Virus record (IMG/VR): IMGVR_UViG_3300022377_000098
Span: 1-64,000 of that record
DNA from: a virus
Taxonomy: Duplodnaviria > Caudoviricetes
Length of the DNA stretch: 64,000 nucleotides
Strand: one strand, 5' to 3'
Made by a program: the position numbers and the translations under genes
The notes under the pieces: model-generated
The model's input: only the letters and a program-made list of their open reading frames with translations
The model's database searches: none
Told to the model about the DNA's origin: nothing
Shown here: positions 48,580 through 57,920 of the stretch, in pieces
Layout of the letters: every line of letters starts with the position of its first letter
Position numbering within the stretch: the first letter of the stretch is position 1

Positions 48580-48988
48580 TTTATAGGTACCTCCAAAAAT
48601 AATGTTCACATGGAGGGAATGGCAGGGGTTTATCCTGCTCGTTCGTTATTCCCATAAATCTTCAAACCGTTTCGGTGCCACTTTCGGTTCATACGCCGTC
48701 TGTGGCATATTTAGCGGCACTGTTGCGAAATACAGTACCGCTTTTCTTTACCGGCTGCATCCGGTAGCTGTGCTTCATGCAGTTGCACAGGTTGTAATTG
48801 CCAATTCCCGGATTCCAACCGAGGTCTCCCAATCAAATGGCGCTCTCTCAACTAAGCTACATTGGCATATTAGACGGCGCAGAAAGGAGTGTAAAGAGCG
48901 CCGCCCCATAAGAAATTTCTTACTCTATTTATATTTTAACGTCTGAAAAGAAATTTCGTCACTCAAAACCTGTTACAGAATTATGAAC

Positions 48989-51727
48989 TCACAGAGGAAT
49001 TTGACTTCTATCTATCATCCGTATGCTGTAGGCAGTCAGATTCTTTACAAGGTTGCTCAACATGGACAGTGCATCCGGTGCATCATCATGCTTTGCTTTT
49101 CCGTTCGTGGTAAAACTGCACACGTTGCGCATGAAAGCCTTATATTCTCTGCTCTGCTTTGACGGTTGAAGGAAAACGAAGTGCTTTATGATGTAGTCCG
49201 ACTCTGTAACAATACGTGTGATTTTATTGGTAGATGAAAAGAACGTCCTGACGGATGTATTGCCGTTGCCTTGTGAAATCATGTCACTAACGCTTTCGGC
49301 ATAGTACCCGCCACCGTTGTTCACCTCAACATCAAGCCGTGATACTTTATTCCTGACGCATAGTTTTGCAACCATAGGCTTTGTGACATCTGGCAAACCG
49401 TTATTGAATACCAAATCGCGTATGTACACCGTATCGCCGTAAACATAGCCACAAATTGCTGCCACATAGTCTTTACCCTGATTTTTAGAGTCGCAGACCG
49501 CCACAATGGAATCAGGTTTTGCATCTGGCGGCAGTTTGCCATCAAAATAGTGGAAATCGTCCTCATGATAAAGCACGCCCTCACGCTCTATTGGCCTTTG
49601 CTGATAGATTGCACCCCATGAGATATCGTCCATATTGTCACGGATATCCTCAAAATAGTCCCGTGAGAATCCAACATCATAATCATAGTCAAAATTTGAA
49701 CTTCCATCCTCATTTAGTGCAGGGATACGCACGAACTTGCTATATCCGTCACCCTCATACCTTGATTCAAGCCGCCCCAGCGGGTCATATACAGACCAAC
49801 GAGTGCCAATAATCAACATCTTGCAGCCCATTTTCATACGGCTCATAAGGTCATTCGTGAACTTATACCATAGCGTGTCCATGCGGTCACGGTTCATTGC
49901 TTCCTCAATACCGGAAACCATATCATCCGCATACAGCAAGCTTTCACAACGTGTGGCGCCGGTCAAGCCGCCATCAATAGAGCGGCAAGTAAGCGTTTTA
50001 AACCGGTGCTGATTCCGTAAGTCGAGCGTTTCCTCTTTTGAGTTTGTGTTTACCAGCTTTGAACCCGGAAAGATGTCTTTGTAAGTGTATTCATCATCTT
50101 TAATAAGCTGCAGCACGCCAGTGTAGAAAGAATTTGTCAGCTTGTCTGCATAAGCGGATGCCAAGCAAGGCATATCAGGATGTTTTCCAATCACCCATGC
50201 CATGAAAAATATACCTAGAGTGGTATTGTGCGTAATGATGTAATCATCCGTCACATAAAGCTGTGAGGGGTCGTCAACCATAATGCACTGGCACTCTTGT
50301 TTTCCAACATATTCCACCCTGTCAATGAATTTTTTGAATACTTTCCGCTTAGGAGAAAACTTATTTGCTTTTCGTGGCAAGTAAAACGGATGTGCAGAGC
50401 TGTTGAATTCAATGACAATTCTGTACACCAACTTGCCAAATACTTTTTCCCCTGCTTGATTTCTGTAATAATTTCCGTGCTTTTCTTTTACGTTTGCTTT
50501 GCCACCTAAAGAACGCACCAATTCCAACATCCCATCTCTCAACATAGGAGAAACGGTTGTGTATTCTATATCATTTCCGTCTGTATAACCATCTGTATCA
50601 AGCAACCCGCGTAAAAGTTCCCACCGACTCTATGTATCCGCATATTGATAGTCTTGCGGGATAAACTTTGTTTCGCTGTTTTTGCCTATGAGTCCATAAT
50701 GTAAAAGTGCTTGTTGCGTTTTGGACTTTATCATATATCCGTGGCTGTCACGAACAGTGTTATCCACTTTGCAAATATTGTATCCATATTTTGAAGTCCT
50801 TTTGTGTAGCGTATCCCCCTCTGGAAGAAGGCTCTTTAACCTTTCAACGAGTTCCGGGTCTGCGCTTGTAATATCAAGGTTTCCACTAGTAAGGCTTCCA
50901 TCCCCAAGCAAAGCGCCAACAATATACGGATGAAGCATAAGATCTCTATGATGAAATTCAACAGGGCTTACGTAATCAATGGAATAGTTATTACGTTTGC
51001 CATGTTCAACTCGCAAGTTTTCCATCATATCTTGAAGCTGAATATCTCTGTACTTATTCCCTCTAACCCTATCATCACGGGTCTGTACGTGCCAAATGTG
51101 TTCTTTGCAACATTCCGTGGATGTTCCATCGTTAAACACAACACGGTATACGTCTTTTACGCCTTGAGGAAATACGCCGATAACATTGCATTCGTTTCCA
51201 GAGCCGGATATAATTCTATCTCCGACTTCTACATTACCCATCTTTTTGAATCCGGTTGGTGTCAACACCTTGCAATACAAAGGCTGTGCTTTGCCAGCGC
51301 CCGGAGGAACTGAAAGCCCAAACCGCTTTAGTTTCCCATCTTCTAAGTTTTGCAAGTCTTGCACGATTGGCCGCAGCACACGCTCACGCGGCGGGTAGAA
51401 TTTCTTGTCAGGTTCCCTGTTCCTCTCCATATAAATCAAGTAGGAGTGGAAGTCATACGGAGCTGCAAAAAGAAATGTCTACCAATATTTATCTGTGTAG
51501 TTCTGCATCTGCACCGGTTTTAGTCCCTTTGGATTGCTCAAAATGATGTTTAGCGCTTTTCGCAGCCCCTCATTCTCCAACAGTGCCGCAGGCATATTAT
51601 TTTCTTTGTGATAAATTGACCGCAACGCTTCTCGCTTCAATGCCAATTCAGGCGCATCCATATCGTACATATGATATTTGACGTCATGTACCAGTTGCTT
51701 CTTTGCCCTTGTATAATCTACTGCCAT
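48989..51727 (-). CDS. Terminase large subunit with intein (in-frame TAG at codons 83 and 366)
   Basis: Three track ORFs (51479..51814, 50630..51439, 48989..50605) are one frame separated only by TAG; PPGAGK/T Walker A, DDM.SG.EEA, HDDAPD nuclease motif. Confidence 0.9.
50225..51289 (-). mobile_element. Intein (355 aa) with LAGLIDADG homing endonuclease, class 3-type
   Basis: Inserted at GAGK|AQPL...ITHN|TT; blocks GALLGDG and RGLLDTDG; Ala1 plus W (EHIW), C (ECQCI), T (ITHN) triplet. Confidence 0.88.
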
Positions 51728-51776
51728 AAAAAAAGAACGCCTCCATATTGGTAGGCGCTCTAGGCACTCTATTTTT

Positions 51777-52019
51777 CTATTTCTTTCTTCCAAGTGGTTC
51801 ATCCAGTATATCAAATATTGAGCAGCCGAGTGCTTTTGCTACTTTCAGCAAGGATGATATTGACGGTTCACACACGCCGCACTCAATTTTTGCAAACCAT
51901 TGTCTTGTAACTCCGATTTTTTCAGCGGCTTCCCTGCCACTCATTCCAGCCTTTTCTCTAAGCTGTTTTACTTTAAGCCCTATCGCTTTGGACAAGAATT
52001 CGCTCCCTGCTTGTTTCAT
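51777..52019 (-). CDS. XRE-family HTH protein
   Basis: VKQLREKAGMS..EAAEKIGVTRQW..KIE.G..PS motif; ends in TAG. Confidence 0.8.
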   Translation of the reverse strand: MKQAGSEFLSKAIGLKVKQLREKAGMSGREAAEKIGVTRQWFAKIECGVCEPSISSLLKVAKALGCSIFDILDEPLGRKK

Positions 52020-52300
52020 AGTTGCAACTCCATTCTTCTTGAATTATATCATGTTAATTTGGAGTTGTCAACTAATAAGTGTTGCTTATTTTATGAATTT
52101 GAAACGGTTATATGAATATATATGCATAAATTTATGAATAATTGTATTTTGCGTTTGTTTTTTGAGGGTGGTGAGGGACGTCCTCCCGCCGAAAGAATAG
52201 GCTTGAAATAGGGGTACGCCCTGCATCTGTCAGTTGAATGTGTGCGTGCGACTGCTCTGTACCGGGCAAAAAAATAATTGAAAAAATATGCAAAAATCTA

Positions 52301-52329
52301 TTGACAACCAATGAGTTGACGACTATAAT
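52301..52329 (+). promoter_or_regulatory. Consensus sigma-A promoter
   Basis: TTGACA-N17-TATAAT. Confidence 0.8.
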
Positions 52330-52405
52330 AAATCATATAATCAAGACATACAAAAGCAGCTGCCCCGGAAGAACCGGAACGGCACAACTGAAAGGCGGTA
52401 TTGAT

Positions 52406-52894
52406 ATGACATTGATTAACGCGTTGGAAGAGCTGAAAGCGAATGGTGTTACAAGGCTGGTTGGCATGGCAGGGATAACCGACATTGACACATACATTGA
52501 GCATGCCACAGAGAACCATAAGAACGCCGTAACGTACGCCGCCAAGGGTATACAGACTTGGCAGTACGAGCTTGACCATGAGGACGATAGCTACATAGTA
52601 GATATGGCAGACGGACATCACATCATTGCCACACACTACGGTACATTTGACATGGCAACATACAGCGACTACGAAACCGAAGAAGAAATGAATACGGCAT
52701 TTGACGCATGGGAAATCGCGCAGCAGGCCGCAGAAATTGCAGATGAGAAAGTAAAGCAAGGCAGTTCGCTCCCCCGTGAAGCATGGATACTCGTTGCCAC
52801 TGCCGAACTCACTGCGGTAAGAAATGCCGCTGCAGCAGAGTTTGAACGCACATACTGCAAAAAGCAGCTGCAAAGCGTGCAACGTGCGCAATAA
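52406..52894 (+). CDS. Hypothetical protein
   Basis: 162 aa from the ATG after AAAGGCGG; downstream of the consensus promoter. Confidence 0.7.
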   Translation: MTLINALEELKANGVTRLVGMAGITDIDTYIEHATENHKNAVTYAAKGIQTWQYELDHEDDSYIVDMADGHHIIATHYGTFDMATYSDYETEEEMNTAFDAWEIAQQAAEIADEKVKQGSSLPREAWILVATAELTAVRNAAAAEFERTYCKKQLQSVQRAQ

Positions 52895-52928
52895 TGCAAT
52901 GGCGCGGTAGCCCAGTGGAGGCGATGCA

Positions 52929-53390
52929 ATGGGCGGCGTATTGCTATTAGTAATAGCACGGATGCTGCTGGGACTGATTGACAGCATCCAGCAGGAGCAC
53001 AAGCAGCGCAAACAAAAGCGCGGGGAAAAGAGACAGCATAAGGAGAACGGAACTCAACAATTAGGGCTGTGCAGCACAATGTACCGTGATATTGCAAATG
53101 ATGCAGTAGACACAATGCAAGCGCTAATACAGTCACAACGACAGCCGGACGACAAACCGGCAGGAGGTAACACAATGAGGACAGCTATCGCAACGATTGA
53201 CACAGATGCAGGCACAATGACTATCTACTATAACGGCAAGGGCGAGGCACTCACAGCGGAGACAGCAGACGGCAACACAGTAGATGAGTGTGAGTACACA
53301 GCACAGAGCTTGCAGGATGCGCGTGACGCGGCACGCATGATGTGGGGATATGATGGCGGCAATGTATGGGGGTATCAGGAGATTGCATAA
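52929..53390 (+). CDS. Hypothetical protein; N-terminal half homologous to 16562..16780 (possible internal second start)
   Basis: GLCSTM.RDIANDAVDT.QALIQSQ shared; internal GGAGG-ATG at ~53174. Confidence 0.65.
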   Translation: MGGVLLLVIARMLLGLIDSIQQEHKQRKQKRGEKRQHKENGTQQLGLCSTMYRDIANDAVDTMQALIQSQRQPDDKPAGGNTMRTAIATIDTDAGTMTIYYNGKGEALTAETADGNTVDECEYTAQSLQDARDAARMMWGYDGGNVWGYQEIA

Positions 53391-53486
53391 GCACAACGTT
53401 CCAGCGGGTTACCAGTGTAGCCCGCTTCCATTGCCCCTATTTCAATTCACGCTCCCGCACAGGGAGCGACACAAAAAAATAAACGC

Positions 53487-53723
53487 ATGAAGCACAAACA
53501 GGAGGAAAAACAAATGGAGCGTTACAACATAACAGCGGTCAAGGATAATGACATAATCTATTTGTCGGTCATGGCTGATTGCCATGAGCAACACATCTGG
53601 AGCGAGGACATCTTGGTAGGAGTATCTAAGCGGGGTGCAAAAAAGCTTGACGCCTTAGCCGAGGCCGGATACTCAATGATAGATGATACTCCATACCGTC
53701 CTAAGGTTGTTGGTTGGAGGTAG
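53487..53723 (+). CDS. Hypothetical protein
   Basis: GGAGG RBS before an internal ATG; TAG stop followed by a terminator hairpin. Confidence 0.55.
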   Translation: MKHKQEEKQMERYNITAVKDNDIIYLSVMADCHEQHIWSEDILVGVSKRGAKKLDALAEAGYSMIDDTPYRPKVVGWR

Positions 53724-54496
53724 GATAAACACCCCCTGTGGGTGCTTTTTTATGCCCAAATGTTGGTGTATGAGGACGGCGCAAAATTGCGCAGTCATAC
53801 ATTTAGCAGCCGCTGCAGGCTGCTTTTTTATTGCCTAACCGTCTGCCCGTGTTTTGCTATGCTTTAATACAATGCCCTGCAATCGATTCTAAGCCGCTTT
53901 TATTTGAGTGCGTAAAGTTAATTATGAGCGTCAAAACGTTGCACAGCGGCTTTGCAAGCCTGCTTTATTCGTGCCGTGTAGCGTTGTCCACATCTCATTC
54001 AGCCGAATGCAACTTCATTTTGTCTGTAAACTTTCTCTTATAATTCAAATTCTCATTCCAATTTTCAAAAATTTTTCGCTGAATTTTTTCTTTCACAGCG
54101 GTTCCTCTTACTGCGATTTGCTCTTACTGCAAAAAGCATGCTTACTTTCTCCTGCATATTCATTCGTACTGGAAAGCACACTTATTTCTCAATGCATACA
54201 GGCTTACTGCCTGAAAAGTCTTGAAAGTGGCTTATTTACTGGGCTTTTCTAATTATACAAAATGAGCATTTTGGATAATATGCAGATTATATACAGAAAA
54301 AGCCGCCCAAACAGGCGGTTTTATTCATTTATGCAGTTTTTCCTAGCAAGTTAAGGATTCAGCAACTTACTGCATCCAAAAAATCTATGCAGCGGTATAC
54401 ATTTTCCCCTCCTCATGCTCTTTCCCTTTACAATGTTGCGCGTACGCATATATTACTATATATAATATATATACAGTAATAGTGCAAGTTCTTGCA

Positions 54497-55378
54497 TTAC
54501 TTCGGCAGGTTACCGGCAGCAGCTAATATCTCACCATCATCCATATCCATGTTTGTTCGCGGCGCTTCCAGTGCAACTTCCTGCCTATCAGTGTAATGCA
54601 TGGTCGCTCCACACTTGTTTTTCAGCATGAAAATTGGCAATGCTGGGTTCCTCATGTTATAACCTTTTGAAAGGGTCGCTTGCTCAAGCAATCCCATAGT
54701 TGGTGCCATTACATCTTGGTAAGTCAGCGTGCTATAGCTTTCCTTTATAATACCTTTATCTATAGCTAACGAGACTTTCATAGAACTTCCAGCGATTATG
54801 CTTTCTTGCTTTCCATTTTCCTCTGTGTTCGTTTTTTCTTCATTTCCGGTTAGTTTACCGCTATCACTTTTTTCTTCGCTTACAGACGGTTCTAGCACGT
54901 CCTTCTTACTTACTGGCAAATCATCAACAATGTAATGCGTTTCTGCAAACCTATCCACTTTATCCTGACTAACAGAAGAAAACACATATTCCCCTGTTTC
55001 TGCATCTGTCAGAGTGATTACTTCAAATGTTTCCGTATTCCTTGCATAAGACAATAAATCATTCTTTGATATGTTCAGATACAAAGCCAAAGAAACGAAA
55101 GACGGTACAATGTTTTTTTCTATCGTCCATTGTTCAAATCCCTGTATAGATGCAGCCATCTGTACTGGGTTCTCGAATGTCTTTCTCCCCATTCCTCTGG
55201 CTACACTCATAATCATTTTGTCCGTTCCTAAATTTAGTGGAGCATTTTCTCCTCTTTGTGCTATACAAGTTGCATTAACCTTTGACTCGTTATCTGCATG
55301 TCCTTTTCTTACTATGTACCGGTCTGTATCATCTTCCGGCTTTTCACTTGGTAACTGTCTTGTACTGACAATGTCCAT
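54497..55378 (-). CDS. Terminase small subunit-like (DNA-packaging gp3 type)
   Basis: F.NP..M...I..F......P.F.SLA.YL.IS...L..Y and C-terminal N.A..IF.LKN..G..Y.DRQEV motifs. Confidence 0.6.
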   Translation of the reverse strand: MDIVSTRQLPSEKPEDDTDRYIVRKGHADNESKVNATCIAQRGENAPLNLGTDKMIMSVARGMGRKTFENPVQMAASIQGFEQWTIEKNIVPSFVSLALYLNISKNDLLSYARNTETFEVITLTDAETGEYVFSSVSQDKVDRFAETHYIVDDLPVSKKDVLEPSVSEEKSDSGKLTGNEEKTNTEENGKQESIIAGSSMKVSLAIDKGIIKESYSTLTYQDVMAPTMGLLEQATLSKGYNMRNPALPIFMLKNKCGATMHYTDRQEVALEAPRTNMDMDDGEILAAAGNLPK

Positions 55379-55384
55379 GCTTTA

Positions 55385-56128
55385 TTATTCCTCCATTTCA
55401 GTTCTAACATCTTCGTCTGCTCTTTTTACTCTGTTCTTCAATATCCCTGTAACTGCAAATAGAAATATTCCTCCGTCCCCATGGTCTTGACTCAAAAAGA
55501 ATTCTTTTGCTGCCGCTTCCAAGTCACTTTCATCAAGTCCTAGTTCTTTCATGCTCTTTTCAATTTTCAGCATTGCTGCTCTACCTGATGCTGGGTTAAG
55601 TACCATTTTGCTTCCGGTATGTTCTTTGTATAGCTTTGGATACGTTGACTTTACGAATTTTACTACTTCATTTGAAATCCCATTGAAAATTTCATCGTCA
55701 CTGGAGCTACATTTATTAGCTCCGGTGCATTGTAAGTTTTTTAATTCATAAGTACAGTTATTAGTAACTAGTGCTTCATTTTCCGTTTTCGCATTTTCCG
55801 TTTTCGCGTTTTGCATAAACGGAGAATGTGGTTTCGGAATTTCATCGTTTTCTTTGCTATAAGCGTGGTCGTAAACATCATACTCATATCCTGCGAACTT
55901 GCTTCCATCTCGCATTTTTCTGCGGACTATGTAGCCTTTCTCAATGAGTTCCTTGATTCCTGAACTGATTGACCGGTTACCGTCTGAAAATTCGGAAGCA
56001 ATCGCTGACTCGTAAAACTTCCAGTCATCTGGCTTTGCTAGCATTTGAAGCAATATGCCTTTTGCCTTTGCCGATAGTGACTTGTCCTCAATGAATGTTT
56101 CTTTCAACTGAATGTGCAAATAATTCAT
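55385..56128 (-). CDS. Phage replication-initiator-like winged-HTH protein with internal iteron-like repeats
   Basis: D..LS.KAKGIL..ML.KPDDW.F......G..SI.SG.KEL.E.GY; (NAKTE)n linker. Confidence 0.7.
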   Translation of the reverse strand: MNYLHIQLKETFIEDKSLSAKAKGILLQMLAKPDDWKFYESAIASEFSDGNRSISSGIKELIEKGYIVRRKMRDGSKFAGYEYDVYDHAYSKENDEIPKPHSPFMQNAKTENAKTENEALVTNNCTYELKNLQCTGANKCSSSDDEIFNGISNEVVKFVKSTYPKLYKEHTGSKMVLNPASGRAAMLKIEKSMKELGLDESDLEAAAKEFFLSQDHGDGGIFLFAVTGILKNRVKRADEDVRTEMEE

Positions 56129-56151
56129 TGCGCTATTCTTGCTGTGATGAA

Positions 56152-56493
56152 TCAATCTGCTTTTCCTCCGCTGACTACGTGAATACGAACAAATGCAGAA
56201 TTTAGAAAATACCATATTTCCTTATGCTGCTGGCTGTTAAGCAACAGAAAAGTTTCTGCTCCTGCTTTAATGCTATCAATAGTGGCAAGGCCACATTCAA
56301 TCAGCCCCGATATAAGTGTAATACACGTATCGTCATTCTCTCTGGAATATTCGGTTCCGGTCACTTTTGTGTACGCGTCCGGATATGTATGGTACACAAA
56401 TTCTTTTATTTCAAGCTTCACCTGTGGGTTAACTTTTCCCATACCGTTGTTCCTTTTGGCCTGCTGGTTGAAACCGTAAATTGTGTTGTTCAA
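56152..56493 (-). CDS. Hypothetical protein
   Basis: 113 aa in the early operon. Confidence 0.6.
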   Translation of the reverse strand: MNNTIYGFNQQAKRNNGMGKVNPQVKLEIKEFVYHTYPDAYTKVTGTEYSRENDDTCITLISGLIECGLATIDSIKAGAETFLLLNSQQHKEIWYFLNSAFVRIHVVSGGKAD

Positions 56494-56771
56494 TGTGTTT
56501 CATCGCCTTTTAAGTGATTAACTTTGCGGGATTCGCTAACCAGATACTTCCCATACTTCTTTTGCAAATGCTGCATTTGCTCTTTTGTGACGACTGGAAT
56601 GTTTTCAGCTTGTTCCTCTGGAACTATGAAAACATGATTCTGCGCAAGCTGTTCCATATCCAATTCGCCACAAGGAACTCCATTAATCATTGGCTCATGC
56701 TTTCCCTCAATCCATTCAATTCCCATTTCGTCACAAAGCTGTTTCATCAATTTTTCTTCGCGCAAAATCAT
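56490..56771 (-). CDS. Hypothetical protein
   Basis: 93 aa with overlapping stop/start. Confidence 0.55.
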   Translation of the reverse strand: MILREEKLMKQLCDEMGIEWIEGKHEPMINGVPCGELDMEQLAQNHVFIVPEEQAENIPVVTKEQMQHLQKKYGKYLVSESRKVNHLKGDETH

Positions 56772-56823
56772 TTCTCCTTCCCCCCTGATTGCTTCCTGTA
56801 TTTGATGTTCTTAACGCTCGTTG

Positions 56824-57147
56824 TCATCCTTCCTTTCTCAACTCAAACAATCTGTCAAAGTTTTCTCCGGGTGCGAACATAGCAAATGTTCCACCATCTC
56901 TTACTGTCAAATGCTTCAGCACTCCTGCATCAACCAATCTCTTTATTGGGAACTTTTGGAGTGATTGCTTTTTCATTCGCAGAGTCGGTAAATCGTCAAG
57001 AATTTTCTGGTACTGAATACTTTTATAATCAGTACCATGTGTATTAAAATACTGTCTGAACCATGTTGCAACTGCTAAATCATTCATGGATAGATTCAAT
57101 TCAAAAGCTGTCTGTTGGTTCACGTTTATTCTTACTCTTTTTCGCAT
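56824..57147 (-). CDS. Rep N-terminal-like HTH protein
   Basis: I.Y.KILDDLP.L...K.......LV..GVL.H......GGT...F..G.NFD.L pattern. Confidence 0.55.
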   Translation of the reverse strand: MRKRVRINVNQQTAFELNLSMNDLAVATWFRQYFNTHGTDYKSIQYQKILDDLPTLRMKKQSLQKFPIKRLVDAGVLKHLTVRDGGTFAMFAPGENFDRLFELRKEG

Positions 57148-57473
57148 TGTTCACCGTCCATTTTTGCACCGCACTGCGGGCAGTAATGCGAACCTGCAAA
57201 CGCCAACGGATTTATTTTTGTGTTTGCTGGCAAGTTGTTATTCCTCGTGTGGCAGTTTGAACAAAGATAAGCACCGAGTCCCCAATCAATTCCGTCTTTG
57301 TCGTACTCCCAGTGTGCGTGTACTACTGGCGCATATTCACTGGATGCAATCTTTCTAAGACAATTGATTGCTGTATTAATGGCATCACAATAATTAACGT
57401 TGTTCCTGATATCATCCAAGCATAGCATGTAATTCAGCAGTTTAATTGCTTCTTTCGGTGTAAGGTCAAGCAT
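57132..57473 (-). CDS. Hypothetical zinc-finger phage protein
   Basis: PVVHAHW...Y.CSNC...YCP.CGAKMDG motif. Confidence 0.7.
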   Translation of the reverse strand: MLDLTPKEAIKLLNYMLCLDDIRNNVNYCDAINTAINCLRKIASSEYAPVVHAHWEYDKDGIDWGLGAYLCSNCHTRNNNLPANTKINPLAFAGSHYCPQCGAKMDGEQCEKE

Positions 57474-57738
57474 TATTATCCTCCATTTCTGCCCTCAAAG
57501 TATTCCAGCCGTCAGGGTCATTTGCAAAAATTTCTCCGAAATCCGTTTCGTCGCCATATTCAAAATAGCGGTGCATATATTCTTGACATGTTTTGCACCA
57601 ATAGCACCCATCTACGGAACCATCCTCCGCATATGCAGCACTAACCATTTTCGATCCGGCAGGATATGCCTTTCCACATCCGAAACAACGGTGTGGCTTT
57701 CGTGTAGTTCGTTCCTCCCAATGAAGAATTTCGCTCAT
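57466..57738 (-). CDS. Hypothetical Cys-rich phage protein
   Basis: TRK.H.C.GC...Y.C..C motif. Confidence 0.7.
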   Translation of the reverse strand: MSEILHWEERTTRKPHRCFGCGKAYPAGSKMVSAAYAEDGSVDGCYWCKTCQEYMHRYFEYGDETDFGEIFANDPDGWNTLRAEMEDNNA

Positions 57739-57920
57739 TTCTTTTCCTCCTTTACTTCAATAAGTTGGAATGTAATAAGCTCTAAATTTTCTTTTCTGCG
57801 TGACCTTATAATAGCCTTTTCACAAGTTCCTCTTTTTTCCCAAAACTTATGACGAGGATTAGTAATATTGCTTACAAGTTTCCCTGTAATTTTGTCACGG
57901 GCACCATAAAGATACATCAC
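57735..57920 (-). CDS. Hypothetical protein
   Basis: Coupled start/stop. Confidence 0.55.
   Translation of the reverse strand: MMYLYGARDKITGKLVSNITNPRHKFWEKRGTCEKAIIRSRRKENLELITFQLIEVKEEKK

Noticed and set aside
29417-51727. Reading the split late genes as pseudogenes or sequencing errors (defective prophage)
   Set aside because: All 16 breaks are the same codon (TAG), with no frameshifts or TAA/TGA. They cluster at 5' ends, late genes avoid TAG as a terminator, and a cognate CUA tRNA is encoded in the same operon.
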